From the NCBI GenBank assembly GCA_010405405.1, contig MU004238.1, positions 259,530 through 323,529 on the forward strand: 64,000 bases of DNA, read 5' to 3'. Origin of the DNA: Microthyrium microscopicum (lineage: Eukaryota). The notes under the pieces are model-generated. The model did no database searches. It saw only the letters and a list, made by a program, of their open reading frames with translations, and had not been told where the DNA came from. Shown piece after piece: positions 23,073-35,495 of the stretch (its first letter is position 1; the number at the start of each line of letters is the position of its first letter). A program made the translations under genes and the position numbers.

Positions 23073-24518
23073 ATGGCCACTCAACAAGACAAGTCCCTCT
23101 GGGGCATGCCCGTAAGTTATCCGCCTTATCTACCAACGATGGAGCTCAACCAGTTGCCAACACTTGCGCTTCTCAATCTTGCCTTGGACCATGTCTAGAC
23201 ATTGCAACAGCTTTAGATATGGTTCGGCAAGCTGTTGGCAACTGCTTTGAATCTCTAAAGATGCGCAACTGTCGCATTGAGATGGTACCGAAGCTTTTTC
23301 TGGAAAAACATACGCTAACGAGACATTTCTTTAGCCCTTCATGGTCGACTTCCTCAGTACGTTCCCATCTCAATTGGATCTATTCCTTTGAACAATTCGC
23401 TCTCCAGCTCGATACGACTGGCGATTTTATAATGTGCATAAAATTCTGACTATATGTGTAGTGGGTGGTGTCGCCGCTGCTGTCTCCAAGACCGCCGCTG
23501 CTCCCATTGAGCGTGTCAAGCTTCTCATCCAGAACCAGGTAAGCTAATGAGCGATGCATCCGATGCATCATGCCGATTGCAAAATCTGATTGCTAACGAA
23601 TCATTAGGATGAAATGATCAAGGCCGGTCGTCTTGACCGAAAGTACGGTGGTATCGCAGACTGCTTCCGTCGTACTACTGCCGATGAGGGTGTTGTAGCC
23701 TTGTGGCGTGGAAACACTGCCAACGTTATCCGTTACTTCCCTACCCAGGCGCTCAACTTCGCTTTCCGCGATACCTACAAGGCAATGTTCGCCTTCAAGA
23801 AGGAGCGTGATGGATACTGGTGGTGGATGGCTGGTAACCTTGCCTCCGGTGGTGTAAGTACTTTTGAATCAGCTGCATTGCTTTGTCTAATGTTGTTGAT
23901 AGATGGCTGGTGCCACCTCTCTCCTCTTCGTCTACTCTCTGGATTATGCCCGTACTCGTCTTGCCAACGATGCCAAGTCTGCCAAGAAGGGTGGTGAGCG
24001 TCAATTCAACGGTCTCGTAGATGTTTACAAGAAGACCCTCGCATCTGATGGTGTTGCTGGTCTTTACCGTGGTTTCGGTCCATCTGTCGCCGGTATCATT
24101 GTCTATCGTGGTCTCTACTTTGGAATGTACGATTCCATCAAGCCTGTCGTCCTTGTCGGTTCCCTCGAAGGTAACTTCTTGGCCTCTTTCGCTCTTGGTT
24201 GGTTAGTCACCACTGGTGCCGGTATTGCTTCTTATCCTCTTGATACCGTCCGTCGTCGCATGATGATGACTTCTGGTGAAGTAAGTTTATGCCAAAATCC
24301 CGCTCAAGTAGACCCTTCTAACCCCTTTTTAGGCCGTCAAGTACAAGTCCTCCCTCGATGCATTCAACAAGATTGTCGCCGCTGAAGGTGTCAAGTCATT
24401 GTTCAAGGGTGCTGGTGCCAACATTCTCCGTGGTGTCGCCGGTGCCGGTGTGTTGTCCATCTATGATCAAGTCCAACTTATCCTCTTCGGAAAGAAGTTC
24501 AAGGGTGGTTCAGGATAA
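23073..24518 (+). CDS. AAC: Mitochondrial ADP/ATP carrier (multi-exon)
   Basis: [30 protein letters not shown] and the RRRMMM signature; strong high-expression codon bias. Confidence 0.97.
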
Positions 24519-25137
24519 ACGCTTCACCAAATCGGTACTGGGCGAAGCAACAAAACTGGGGTCTTAAGATGTTGAAAGATAGAAGGTGTTGGTGGGCTTA
24601 ATGCTGATCAACATGAGAGGCAGACAGTTTTGTGAAGGGGCTTAGAAGTTGTTGATGGGTGTCATGGGGTGGTTCAAACAATCGGATAGATGCAATTATG
24701 CGTTCCGGGTACAAAACGGCGTGTTGTCAATTGTTTCTTGTCCTGGCTCCATTGTGTATTTTAGGCACTTTTGTATCACCTTTTTGCGGGTTTCTCTCTA
24801 CTTCGTTCTCATTGATGCGACTTCTCTCGTTCTCTTGGCCCTACATTCCGAAGCTTTCCTTTTGATCCTAGCACTTAGTAGGTAGACTGACATAGATGGA
24901 TTTCTTTAGTTCTCTCAGTCTTGCAACCATGTCATGACATACTACCTACTAGTAGGTAGCAGCTGCCGTCCTGGCTTTACAGCACATCGTCCAACAATCA
25001 CCCGCATTATCGCGTACCTGATAGAGTATATAAAATTACCCTCCAGAGTCTGCGCTTTGAACCTTTAGAGACTTTGTAAAGTCAATGCTATCATCTTCAT
25101 CAACCCTCATACATACTTCCAACTACAACCTGTCCCA

Positions 25138-25752
25138 TCATCCACTCCACTTTCCAATCTCACTCATCACATATGCACAACACTCCTCCGGCGTCAACGC
25201 CCCACCAGTCTCAACCACCACTGTCCTTCTCTCATCCTCCGGTCTACAGGGCTCCTCAATCCACCTTCGAAACAACTCTTTCCCTTCTTCCTCCCCAATA
25301 CTATCCCTCTCAGCGTCAACTGGCGGCTCCCACACACCTCGTCTCTGGCTTCTCATCCCATCTCTCTGCTTAATCCTCTCATCCAACAACTCCAAATCGT
25401 CAAGGCTCACACGACACTCGACGTACACGTATAAAGCATCATGCTCTGCTGCGAGGGCAATGCCTGTATCACGGACGCGTGGATAGTTACACGTGCTGTC
25501 CATTATTACGCTGTGATTTTGAGTGAGGAAGTCGCGCGCGAGGACCCATTGGAGCTCGTACGTCAGTTGAGTTGCGTTTGTCCAGTCGTGGGATGTGGAG
25601 AGGAAGAAGGTCTTGAGGGTGTCGTGGTTGACGATTATGGCAGGCAGAGCACGAGATAGGTGGGTGGCGAGGGTGGATTTACCGGAGCCTGGTGGGCCTG
25701 ATAGTTGGATTAGGAGCTTTCGTGTTGGCGTGCATTGGGGTTGCTGGGACAT
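25138..25752 (-). CDS. Small P-loop kinase (AAA_33-like)
   Basis: LIQLSGPPGSGKSTLA Walker A; SVIMDSTCNY; intronless 204-aa ORF. Confidence 0.85.
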   Translation of the reverse strand: MSQQPQCTPTRKLLIQLSGPPGSGKSTLATHLSRALPAIIVNHDTLKTFFLSTSHDWTNATQLTYELQWVLARDFLTQNHSVIMDSTCNYPRVRDTGIALAAEHDALYVYVECRVSLDDLELLDERIKQRDGMRSQRRGVWEPPVDAERDSIGEEEGKELFRRWIEEPCRPEDERRTVVVETGGALTPEECCAYVMSEIGKWSG

Positions 25753-26424
25753 GGTGCTTCGTCATGAGGATGGTGGGTGGGTTGCTCGGCAGCTCGTCTA
25801 CTTTTCTGTTGGAGTGTGGAGCTACCTCTTGCTTGGAAGTGTCTTATACTTGGAGAGCTACTACTCTTATGTTGTCTTTACATCTTTTTATAGATCATGG
25901 GATTTGCACTTGGTGCGTGCTTGTACTTTACTTCATGGGCAGGAGAATTCGACGAATGTGTGCTGGACTTTCATCTTACTTCTAGAGAGTTTTCTACTCG
26001 ATCTTTCCAGTGAGAAAGCTTCCTTTAGCATCGTCTCGGATCTGATCTTGTATGGACCTGCTCTGTGAAAATATCAGAGAGTTGTAACGACTTCAAAATT
26101 CAAATTGATATCGAAAGAATAAATAGAGGTCGGCATTTCGGCATTTCAGTGGCGGGCCGATCAGGGCAAGAGATGACGACCAACAACTTCCAGCTCAGGG
26201 CTCGAACAACCTCCATCGCAACAGGCATCAATTCAATCTCTTGACCTTCTCACTTTATCACCTGTGACTATCTTCTTTTCACCTGCTTCAGTTGAATCTT
26301 TGCCTGTCGTCTGCTCGCTTGTGAAAGACTCCACCATCTCCACCTTCTGCGACTGCAGCTCTTACCGCCACCACCAACACATAGCCCATAAACCCCCATA
26401 CCTTTCGAACGAAACAGCTTCACG

Positions 26425-27247
26425 ATGGCCGATGCATCCCAAGGTTCGGCTCCCAAGCCGAGCAGCAGCGTAAAGCTAGTTCTACTAGGAGAAGCCGCCG
26501 TCGGCAAGGTACATACGGTTAGATCTTCAAGAAGATAAGGTACTGACTGCCAACGCAGTCATCGCTTGTCATGCGCTTCGTAAACAACGACTTTCAAGAA
26601 AACAAGGAACCCACCATAGGCGGCACGATATAACCCTCCATTCCACTCGCAAAGCTCAAAACTAATCATACTCGTCTGTAGCCGCCTTCCTAACGCAAAA
26701 ATGTCCCCTCCCAACCCGCACCATCAAATTTGAAATCTGGGATACCGCCGGCCAAGAGCGCTTCGCCAGCCTCGCACCCATGTACTACCGCAACGCCTCA
26801 GCCGCCCTCGTCGTTTACGATATCACCAAACCCTCATCACTCACCAAGGCACAGCACTGGGTCGCCGAGCTACAACGTCAAGCAAGCCCCGGTATCGTCA
26901 TTGCGCTAGTTGGCAATAAACTCGATCTGGCTACACCATCGACTAGTCCCGAGGGAGCGGATGAGGCAGCTGAGGACGAGAACGATGATGATGAGGCAGA
27001 TGCAAGAAAAGTACCGACCAAGACAGCAAAGGCCTACGCAGATGAAGATGGTCTACTTTTTTTCGAGACGAGTGCAAAGACGGGTGAGAATGTAGCGGAG
27101 GTCTTTACGGCGATTGCAAATGCTATCCCGGAGACGCAGTTGAAGGGCACACGCGGCTCTGCTGCTGCTAGGGCGCAGGAGGAGAGCCGGGTGAATCTCA
27201 GCGCTGGTCGGGATACGATGGGTGCCAAGGAAGGATGTGCTTGTTAG
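26425..27247 (+). CDS. VPS21: Rab5-family GTPase
   Basis: [57 protein letters not shown]-terminal CAC; two introns. Confidence 0.93.
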
Positions 27248-27479
27248 TGCTCGTACACAAGATTGAGCAAGAATAATATCGAGATAAGATGTCACACTGT
27301 TTATGGGAAGGTTGATCTGCTGAGAAGGCGCCTGGAGTTTGAACTCTTGGATTGTGTCTGTTAATTTTTTCTGTTGTTACAATTATCTAGAGCGGCGACA
27401 GTATACCTTTGGGTATTCTACCACATGCATTTGTCTAACCTCCATATCTTCCCATCCCCCCGTTCATTACTTGCGTACA

Positions 27480-28493
27480 TTACAACCCTGGCATACCCAA
27501 TATTTGACGTACAGCCGGCACGCCCCTAGGCAAAAAGTAGATCGCCCATACACCAGTAAACGCGACGATCAGGCCCATTAGCTTCTCACTCCACGTATGG
27601 AAGAAAGCAGCTGTCATCAGTAACATCCACCACATGAGAGCAACCACGCCGACCACAAACTTCACGCCCCATCCAGAAACTTCCACCTCAGCCTTTTCAC
27701 GCTCTGCCTGACCTTCAGGAACAGCGTGTATCACAGTACCATCATCGTCTCTAACGGTCCTATCTTCCCTCAAGCCACGCGCACGTAGAACAACAGGCAG
27801 GACTTCCAGCCATAACAATGCGCTGGCCAGCACCAACAAAAACACATGTCCACTGATATCTATACCCCCACTCCACGTGCCGCCCGCAATTTTACACTGC
27901 ACTGCCGAACTCGCGCTCTTGATCTTGGATATCTCGATATCACCCCTCTTATCCGCTGCCCTGAGCGCACATGCGCCGCCACTGAGCACGAATGAGCGAT
28001 CGATGAGTGCTGGTCCGAAACACCATTGTGTCGTGAGATACCATAAGCCCGTCGCGGCTGTCCATCGCGCCAATGCTCGTAACCGTTGCGCCGTCGGTGC
28101 TAAGCTTAATGGTCGCCCATGTGCCGGATGTGTAAATAAAAAGACGAGGAGTGCGAAGGTGGTCCATAGCCAGCCGAGTTTGACAAAGTAGACGTTGAAG
28201 ATGTTGCGTTTTTGAGCGAAGTAAGACGGCGCAAAGGCGGCGGGTTGGTAGGATTGGTGGGTGGGACTGTATGTGCTGTTGGAGAGTGGTGGAGAGAGTG
28301 TCGTAAATAGGGAGCCGAGGATGAGGGTCGCTGGGTAGAGGGAGAGGAGTATGGCTTCCGTCTGTGTGGGTAGAAGAGGATGGGCGAATATGGAGTCGTT
28401 GGGTGTTTGTATGTCCATTGTTGATTTTATTGTTGTCTCTGTTGCAGAGACTGTTTTTGCATTTCGGGGAGGTTGTTTTCGTCGGGCGGACAT
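27480..28493 (-). CDS. SCS3: FIT-family protein (Scs3-like)
   Basis: YFAQKRNIFNVYFVKLGWLWTT, TQWCFGPALIDRSF, GIDISGHVFLL, MTAAFFHTWSEK. Confidence 0.9.
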   Translation of the reverse strand: MSARRKQPPRNAKTVSATETTIKSTMDIQTPNDSIFAHPLLPTQTEAILLSLYPATLILGSLFTTLSPPLSNSTYSPTHQSYQPAAFAPSYFAQKRNIFNVYFVKLGWLWTTFALLVFLFTHPAHGRPLSLAPTAQRLRALARWTAATGLWYLTTQWCFGPALIDRSFVLSGGACALRAADKRGDIEISKIKSASSAVQCKIAGGTWSGGIDISGHVFLLVLASALLWLEVLPVVLRARGLREDRTVRDDDGTVIHAVPEGQAEREKAEVEVSGWGVKFVVGVVALMWWMLLMTAAFFHTWSEKLMGLIVAFTGVWAIYFLPRGVPAVRQILGMPGL

Positions 28494-29684
28494 TTGGAGA
28501 GTTTTCTTGGAAAGCGAAGCTTTAGGTGAAGGACACTAGGATCTTGGGAAGTGAATTGAGGGTTTGAGATAGGAAGTTTGTTGGCTTTTAGGAGGAATGG
28601 CGAGAGTTTTTCGTGGAGGAAAGCTGGAGACAGAGCTGGAGCTGGAGGCAGAGTTGAGGTGACGTCGATTGTTGACTTGGTTGATTGATCTCGCCTCGGC
28701 TTGCCAAGCCTTTCCAACAACTTCCAACGCGGTCGCCGACGCCACAAGACTTCTTCTCCTGCTGTGGCCAAATCACAACTCCAACGCTGGAGCCTGAATA
28801 CCTTCAAGAAAGGTGTCAACTTGAACAGCTACTAGTCCAGTGGATGGACTGTATGACTTGTTGATACGCAGTGCCGAAGTCGCTCGGTCGATTACATGGG
28901 CCATGCGAGCTCCAACAACCTACATTCGCAAACTATTTTAGGAATTTCAACGATAACGAGACAAATTATTGCTAAGAAATTTCATTGCTTTCGAAAAATC
29001 AAAGAATCGAATCCATCGAAATAGAATTTCGTCAAGCTCATCCTGAAATCAAGATCTTGGCCAAGTTTTGAGCTACATAGTAGGGATTGACCCTCAACTT
29101 CACCATTCCGCCTTCGAACCATCCACCAACAGGAATCTCCGCCAAAGTTGTAATTCTAAATCCATGGCGGGGCCCACCTTCCTCCGGATATGGATTTTTT
29201 GATATCTTTGCCTTCGTTATGGTGACAGGTGTAAGATCTTCAAGGTCGTTGCTGCTGACAACTCTAAGATACCTCTCGAATCCACCTTTTGAATTAGCGC
29301 ATGATCATACAATAAGAGATACCGATAATTACGATTGTTCAAATTATTTCTGGTTAATTTTGGCTCTGTTTTAAGCTAAGCATATCGTTTCTCGACAAAT
29401 CTGTTCCAGCAGACTAAGTTTCTAGGTCGTGGTTGGGTTGCAACTTCCGAGTCCTTCTAAGTTCTATGCTGTGAATCTTGATTCCAATATCTGTTGTGCC
29501 AGTCCCCAACTGATATAGAACAGTTTACTGACAGGAAAGTTTGGAGTTCAAATTTTATGGCCAACGAAATTTTATTTTAAATAATGCAAGACTTGCGTCT
29601 TGTTCGAGAGAACGGGTCTCATCCTCTCAAGAAAGATATAAAGCTTCAAAAGAACCACTTTTGACAAACCATCACTATAGATGC

Positions 29685-30271
29685 CTAGTAATGACGGCCG
29701 CCGTTGTTACCTCCCCGTCCATATCCACCGTTGCCACGTCCTCCATCATGTCCCCCGTATCCACCGTTTCGGCCTCCTCGGCCTCCATCATGGTTGTATC
29801 CCCGGCCGCCATCACGTCCTCCGTTGCTTGAATATAGTCAGTATGAGTCTGAAGATATGGTCTTGTGTTTGTGATGGGTGGGCCTTGTGGCAGTGTGATC
29901 GGGATGATAATGTAGAATGTAATGGAAGAGGTATGGAGTCAAACGCACTATCCACGGTTGTTTCCGCCGTATCCTCGGTTTCCACCATTGCCGTTGCTAG
30001 TAAATGTTAGTATGATGGTCTTGAGAATATGGTGTTGTGCTTTTGCTTGGGTGGGCTCATTTCATATCATATCTGACCCCATCTTGGTAGAGTGGTATCA
30101 GGATAGTCATGCAATTGATAGTGGATTGTTGTAGGGGAGAAATGCGTACTATCCACGGTTATAGCCTCCATTGCCATGGTTGTCTTGGACAGCCTCGGTG
30201 GATGCTGGGGTGGCTTCAGCAGCCATGGCGACAGCCATGAGGGAGAAGAAGATGGTCTTGACGAAAAGCAT
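29685..30271 (-). CDS. Small secreted Gly/Asn/Arg/Tyr/His-rich repetitive peptide (3 exons)
   Basis: Signal peptide MLFVKTIFFSLMAVAMA; spliced mature part NHGNGGYNRGY|NGNGGNRGYGGNNRGY|NGGRDGGRGYNHDGGRGG...GGRHY*; TATAAAT on the minus strand near 30371-30377. Confidence 0.8.
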
Positions 30272-33059
30272 GTTGATTGATGTATAAAGAGTGTTTGTTT
30301 GAAGGAGTGATTGTTGGATTAGAAGATGTTGTTGATGATAGAACACTAACGACCGTCCGATCAACTCGGTATTTATACATCATGAACTTCAGGAATACTT
30401 TGTACAACATCCAAATTTAGTCCGCTCCCCAATGCGCGTACCTTCTTCCATTGCTAGGAATAGAACACGGAGGCAACGCTTAATTCGAGGAACTTCTTGT
30501 CTCCATGTTACTGTTAGATTGTGCATATAACATGCTGTGAGAAGAAGTATTAATTCCAAAATGGAATTACGTACGCCCTCTCGGGTATAAACTTCATCAG
30601 TAGTTCTCTCTTAGTCACGTTTAAATCTGATGGTTCAGTTTGAAAGAGAATGAGCAATTGAACCTGGGGAAAATCATATCTCGGAGTCTCGGGATCGGCC
30701 TATTAAGCTCAGCGATTGGTCTGGATATATTGGATCTACAAACCCGCTTTAGAGTGTTGATGAAGTTTATGCTTCTTTACACCTCATCTCAGGAGTATCA
30801 AGTGAACAGTCTAACAGAGATATTCATACATACAGGTACCACAACTTGTAAACCGACAGCCGAGGATTGGCTACTCTAGTGGAAAGCGTAAACAATTATT
30901 AGCACAAGCCGAAATCCGGGTATCACACGCATGTTTGAAGGTCTATAAGCAGCGCGAACTTGTGGGTCAACATGCCCTACACCGACTTAACCGACCCTAA
31001 CACAAATTTGCAAGGTCAAGACTTGGAATACTCCTATTTCCTTCAATCGGACTAGAACTTGCTCTTGTCGAGATGACGCACTCGTGTTTTGTTCGTGTGA
31101 GAAATAACGTGATTTCCTTCAACAGGTGATTGTTGCTCACGCCCTACTATAGATACTTCGTCTACTTTCATAACAAGTATCTATCGTTGTTTTAATACTA
31201 TTTATTGCCTATTGGACTATACAGCCTATTTGACGAGACTAACCTTGCCAATGCATGCGGACGAACGTTCACTCATATTGTCCAAACTTGTAAAATAGAC
31301 TCTGTGCTTGACCACAGCACGACAACTAGTGTACCTATTTCGAGCTTGCAAATACAAGACATTATATTCCCGGTTTGAGTAGCTTTATACCTCGGAGAGC
31401 TACCTTTGAGCCGAGAAACCTGCTCTTCAGGGTCTTTTAGCATAGTATGTACTAAATATGACCTGTAAAGCCTGTAGCCAAGCCTTCGAACTCACAGTCA
31501 CTGCACACTTCTGAGACCATTCGTCAGTATTTGCGAATTTCTCATCTTTCATCGCTTTCCAATACTTAGTTCAATTCATATTTGACAGATTGCAAGATAT
31601 AATAATAGGCTGTGGTGGCTTCTAACCTCGAGCGGCTGAAGTGCCATCGCCATGAACCTTACAGATGGCGAAATAGTCACAACGTATAGATAAAATAGAG
31701 CCAGGAACCACTGTTCAATGGGAATCATAAGCACGCCGATTATCCGAAATCGGGCACTAAACCTTGAACAAGGGGTTGGTGATTTTCACAGCCCTTCCCC
31801 AGACTGATCGCTACTCTAAAGTAGAGCCGCGTCCTTTTATAGTGTAGTAAGAATCTTCAGAGTTTCAAACAACCACAAGCGTAGAACTTTCTAGAAAGTG
31901 ACGAACTGGCGAGTTCTTTAGCATTGACGACGTCACTTGGAAAACATCACGGTCTTGTATGTTAAGTCAATCATACACAATTCCAGTCGCAAGACGAGAA
32001 GTACCTCCGCAACCATTGGAGGACGCTTCCAACCACGAGCGAGGTTATTTTCGTCTCTACATAGGTGAAACGCACCGCAAATGGAGGACTTGCAAGAAAG
32101 ACGAATTCGGCGCAGGTTCCTGATCCGTCAGTTCAGTGAGCACGTTTTCCAGGACCTAAAATTCATTCGCTATTGAGGGCTCGGAATAAGTTGGCACAGA
32201 TTAATTTCAGGAATATGCAAGTGGTTGGATACCAATTAAGGTCGCATACTAAGCTTTTTAGATTGAACTTTATCCTGTACCTTTGAGCTTATTTCCATGA
32301 ACTGATTCAAGCACTACCTATGGCTCTAAAATTTCTTTAACATCAGATTCGTGGGATTTTTTGTGAAACCTGAGACAACGAACAGATGAAATTATGATAG
32401 TCAGCATGTCTACTTACATCCATAGAAGATGCCGAGTGAATGCAATTAGTCTCGTGATGGCGACATACGATGTAAATGATGACCATAAGCGTTGTTAATC
32501 TAATTCGGGTAGAACGCATGAGCTGCTGGCCAGTATCCATGAAGTGATCCTCTCCACAGGGCTATGGAACGTGCCGTCTGCATTTAATGCCAGAGCATTA
32601 TTTCCGAGGATTGAAATTGAATCTTATGCTGCAGTACGTAGGTCGTGGCAATAAAATACAATCTACAAGCAGATTTTGATCATTTCGGCTTGTATTGCCG
32701 CAATCCAGTCACGTTCTCTGCTTGTTGCTATATCCCCATTTCATGGATGATGATGGAATTCAAACGTAGTGCTGAAAGCATCGTAATTTCTGAGCCGTTT
32801 TGATGACCGTTGATGTCCTGCTCTATCAAGTTTTCTGCCCGGAATGCGAATTGTTTTGGCTGATGGCTTCCAAATGGGGTTTTTTGGAGCTGCGCCGTGA
32901 CAAGATTTCTTTTTCCAATAATGCGGCATGTCTTGAGTTCGACGATCTAATCATGTTGGTGAAAGGATGCTGGTTAATGCCGCGAATGGAAAGGTCGATG
33001 TTCTAAGCAATGATAATCCAAGGTCGACATTGCGAAGCAAATTCCGAATAGATTTGGCC

Positions 33060-33609
33060 TCAAGTTTTCCCCATGGTGTTCCCCAAATGCTTCCTCAACG
33101 CAGCCCAGCGTTGGTCTTTCACAGGAACAGACCCTGCTGTCGCGTCATTCGCATCAGCAGGAGCAGCTTGACTAAGAATGGCCAGATTTTTTCCAAAGCG
33201 CTCTCTTTCCTCACTAATGACTTTGGCCTGCCGCTTGCGAAGGCCTCTGGTGCTCTTCAAACTCTTCATTGGAGCCATCTTGGTAGTAATTTTGGAGCTT
33301 TGGCTGGGAAGTGCGGCTTCTAGGTCTTCATCGGGCAGGGCGTCCACAAGTGATGTCATGGTTGTGGAGAGCGTCTTGTTGGGACGCCGTCGCTTCTTGA
33401 TTCCAGTAGGCCGATCACTTGATGCGCGAGCTTTCGAGAGTAGGAGGGAGTGCTTCATTGTGCGCTTGTCGCGTTTTGTGGATGAAAAGGTTGCGGATGG
33501 TGATTTGAAGGACGTAGGGACGCGCTTAGCGGCTGATCTGGGTTTTATTGGAGCCTGCCGATCTATTAGCAGACGTTCGTTGAAAATCTGGTTTTTCTTT
33601 TCATACCAT
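33060..33609 (-). CDS. SLX9: Ribosome biogenesis protein Slx9-like
   Basis: ATG then intron then APIKPRS; STKRDKRTMKHS, KKRRRPNK, SLVDALP, ERERFGKNLA, RWAALRKHL. Confidence 0.75.
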
Positions 33610-33924
33610 GGCGAGAGAGGAGAACGCTGGGTTGAAATGTGTTTTCTGCAAGAGTTTTTGAGAAAAAGTGACGATGCAAAGTGTGGGTTAGCGCAGAGCC
33701 TCATGTTGAATCTGATGATCCCTGTTGGGTGGGGCTCACCATGGAGATCATGTCACTCAACCACATTCCTTCCCTGTATCCATATATCGTGTCAACAAAA
33801 ACTTCTCTTTGAAATTGACATGCCATAAAGGACGTTGCCCTCTAATCACCAGTCCATTTTTTAGCCGTGAGCCTTTGCTACCACCTCATCCATATTGGAC
33901 GCGACTCTATCACGCCTTGGTACC

Positions 33925-34774
33925 ATGAGTGACGATCAACAGCGGCCTGGTGGCTTTATTCGAGATAATCATGGCATCCTTTCTCCTCCGCCTTCTTCTG
34001 TTTCCTCGACTACAAACGCATCCCTTCCTAATCCGCGCTCAAAACCATTGGTTCCAGGATCCGCCAAAGAGTCAAGCTTCATTCGATATTTGGACGAACA
34101 ACTCTTGCGAATACAGCGACGTCATGCAAACAGACACGGCAATACAGCAACAAAGACCGATATTGGATACAGTTCTTTCAAGGAAGCAATAGCTGATATC
34201 GAAACACTAGTGGAGCTAATATGGGTTTCTGGTACTCGTATGTGATGCCAATCATCTCTATGGAGCTAGCTAACAATGTCTAGCTTCACTTCAGGTGCCA
34301 TATCTGTTGTCAATCGCACTTCTCACTGTAGACTTCCTGCCCTCCTTTCCACCTTCTCCTACCGCAACCTTCCGACTTCTCAATCGACTAGACGTAGCAT
34401 TTGCCTCCCTCATACAAGGCCAGAACGTTGAGACTGGTGAAAGACTACCAGGCTTTGAACGTGGACCAGCAGTTTCCACAACACAGAAGATTCGAATAAA
34501 GAGCTTAGTGGAACGAACCAGAATGACGGCAATCCGTGTTCTTGGCCCTAGTGGTGGCACTGATATTAGTGTTCAGGAAGAGTCCATGGACGTTGACACG
34601 GAGACTGATTATGCCGACTTTGGATTCGAATCTGATGACGAAGACGAAGACGACGAATTGGACGATCATGACATTGGCCGAAGAGAGATGGGAATTGCTC
34701 GAATATATGATCGAACTGTGGTTGAGCTTGGCGAAGTATTGGGACAAACACCCATTGGAATAATCACGGAATGA
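33925..34774 (+). CDS. TFB6: TFIIH-associated Tfb6-like protein (2 exons)
   Basis: LPNPRSKPLVPGSAKES, LVELIWVSGT|SLQVPYLLSIA, LNRLDVAFASL, STTQKIRIKSLVERTR; family assignment from memory. Confidence 0.65.
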
Positions 34775-35495
34775 CAGTACACAAACCGAAACCTAGCCGC
34801 TCAAGGCGTGGGCTCTTACTTCGACATAACAACAATTGGCGAGGCTTGTGTATACATTGCATACCAAGAAGAAGTTCGAAAACGTAATTGTTAGTTTCAC
34901 TAGGCCGAGAAGGCATGTGAGTTTGTCATCAGTGACTTTATCGATTTCAGTCCTTCCAGAAAGTCTGAGGCCCAGGCAGTTTTCTTTAGTGCCCCTTGGC
35001 TATGGAAAGCTATGGAGATCAGGATGTCACAAAAGCCAAGGTTCTCCCTGATGAATGGACTTCTTTTAGACCTGTACAGCAAATCTGGATTCGGGAAATA
35101 CGTTTATAATACAATGTATCTTACTTCCCGCAGCTTCAAATGTTGTGTGTAAGAGTCACGAAACTGAAGCTCCTGGATAGCTCTTGCCTGAAGCTGCCGG
35201 TTTGTGGGCAACGCACCTGCTGCAAGAGTTCAAATACCAGGAATGCTCCTGCCATGGACCAGGAACGCTCCTTCTTCATCTTGGGCGGCTGCCTTGATAG
35301 CGCCCATGGCTACATTTGATGGCACCAGAAAACCATCACCAAAACAATAACACCTCTACATCTTTTCATCCATATCACAGTTTGCACTTTGACTACATCC
35401 TTACGAAAACATATATTCAAAGCGGGAACAGACTTATCCCATCGCTTCGAAATCGTCCCTCCAACTCTCGAGCTCATAGCTATACCGACTTCAAA

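Noticed and set aside
32343..32540. Minus-strand ORF with VIIYIVCRHHETNC resembling the microprotein CxH segment
   Set aside because: Lacks the Met-Cys start and terminal CxxC; at best an unprovable relic.
33178..33828. Long antisense ORFs (also 61889-62656, 10325-10744, 51834-52313)
   Set aside because: Shadows of well-supported genes on the opposite strand.
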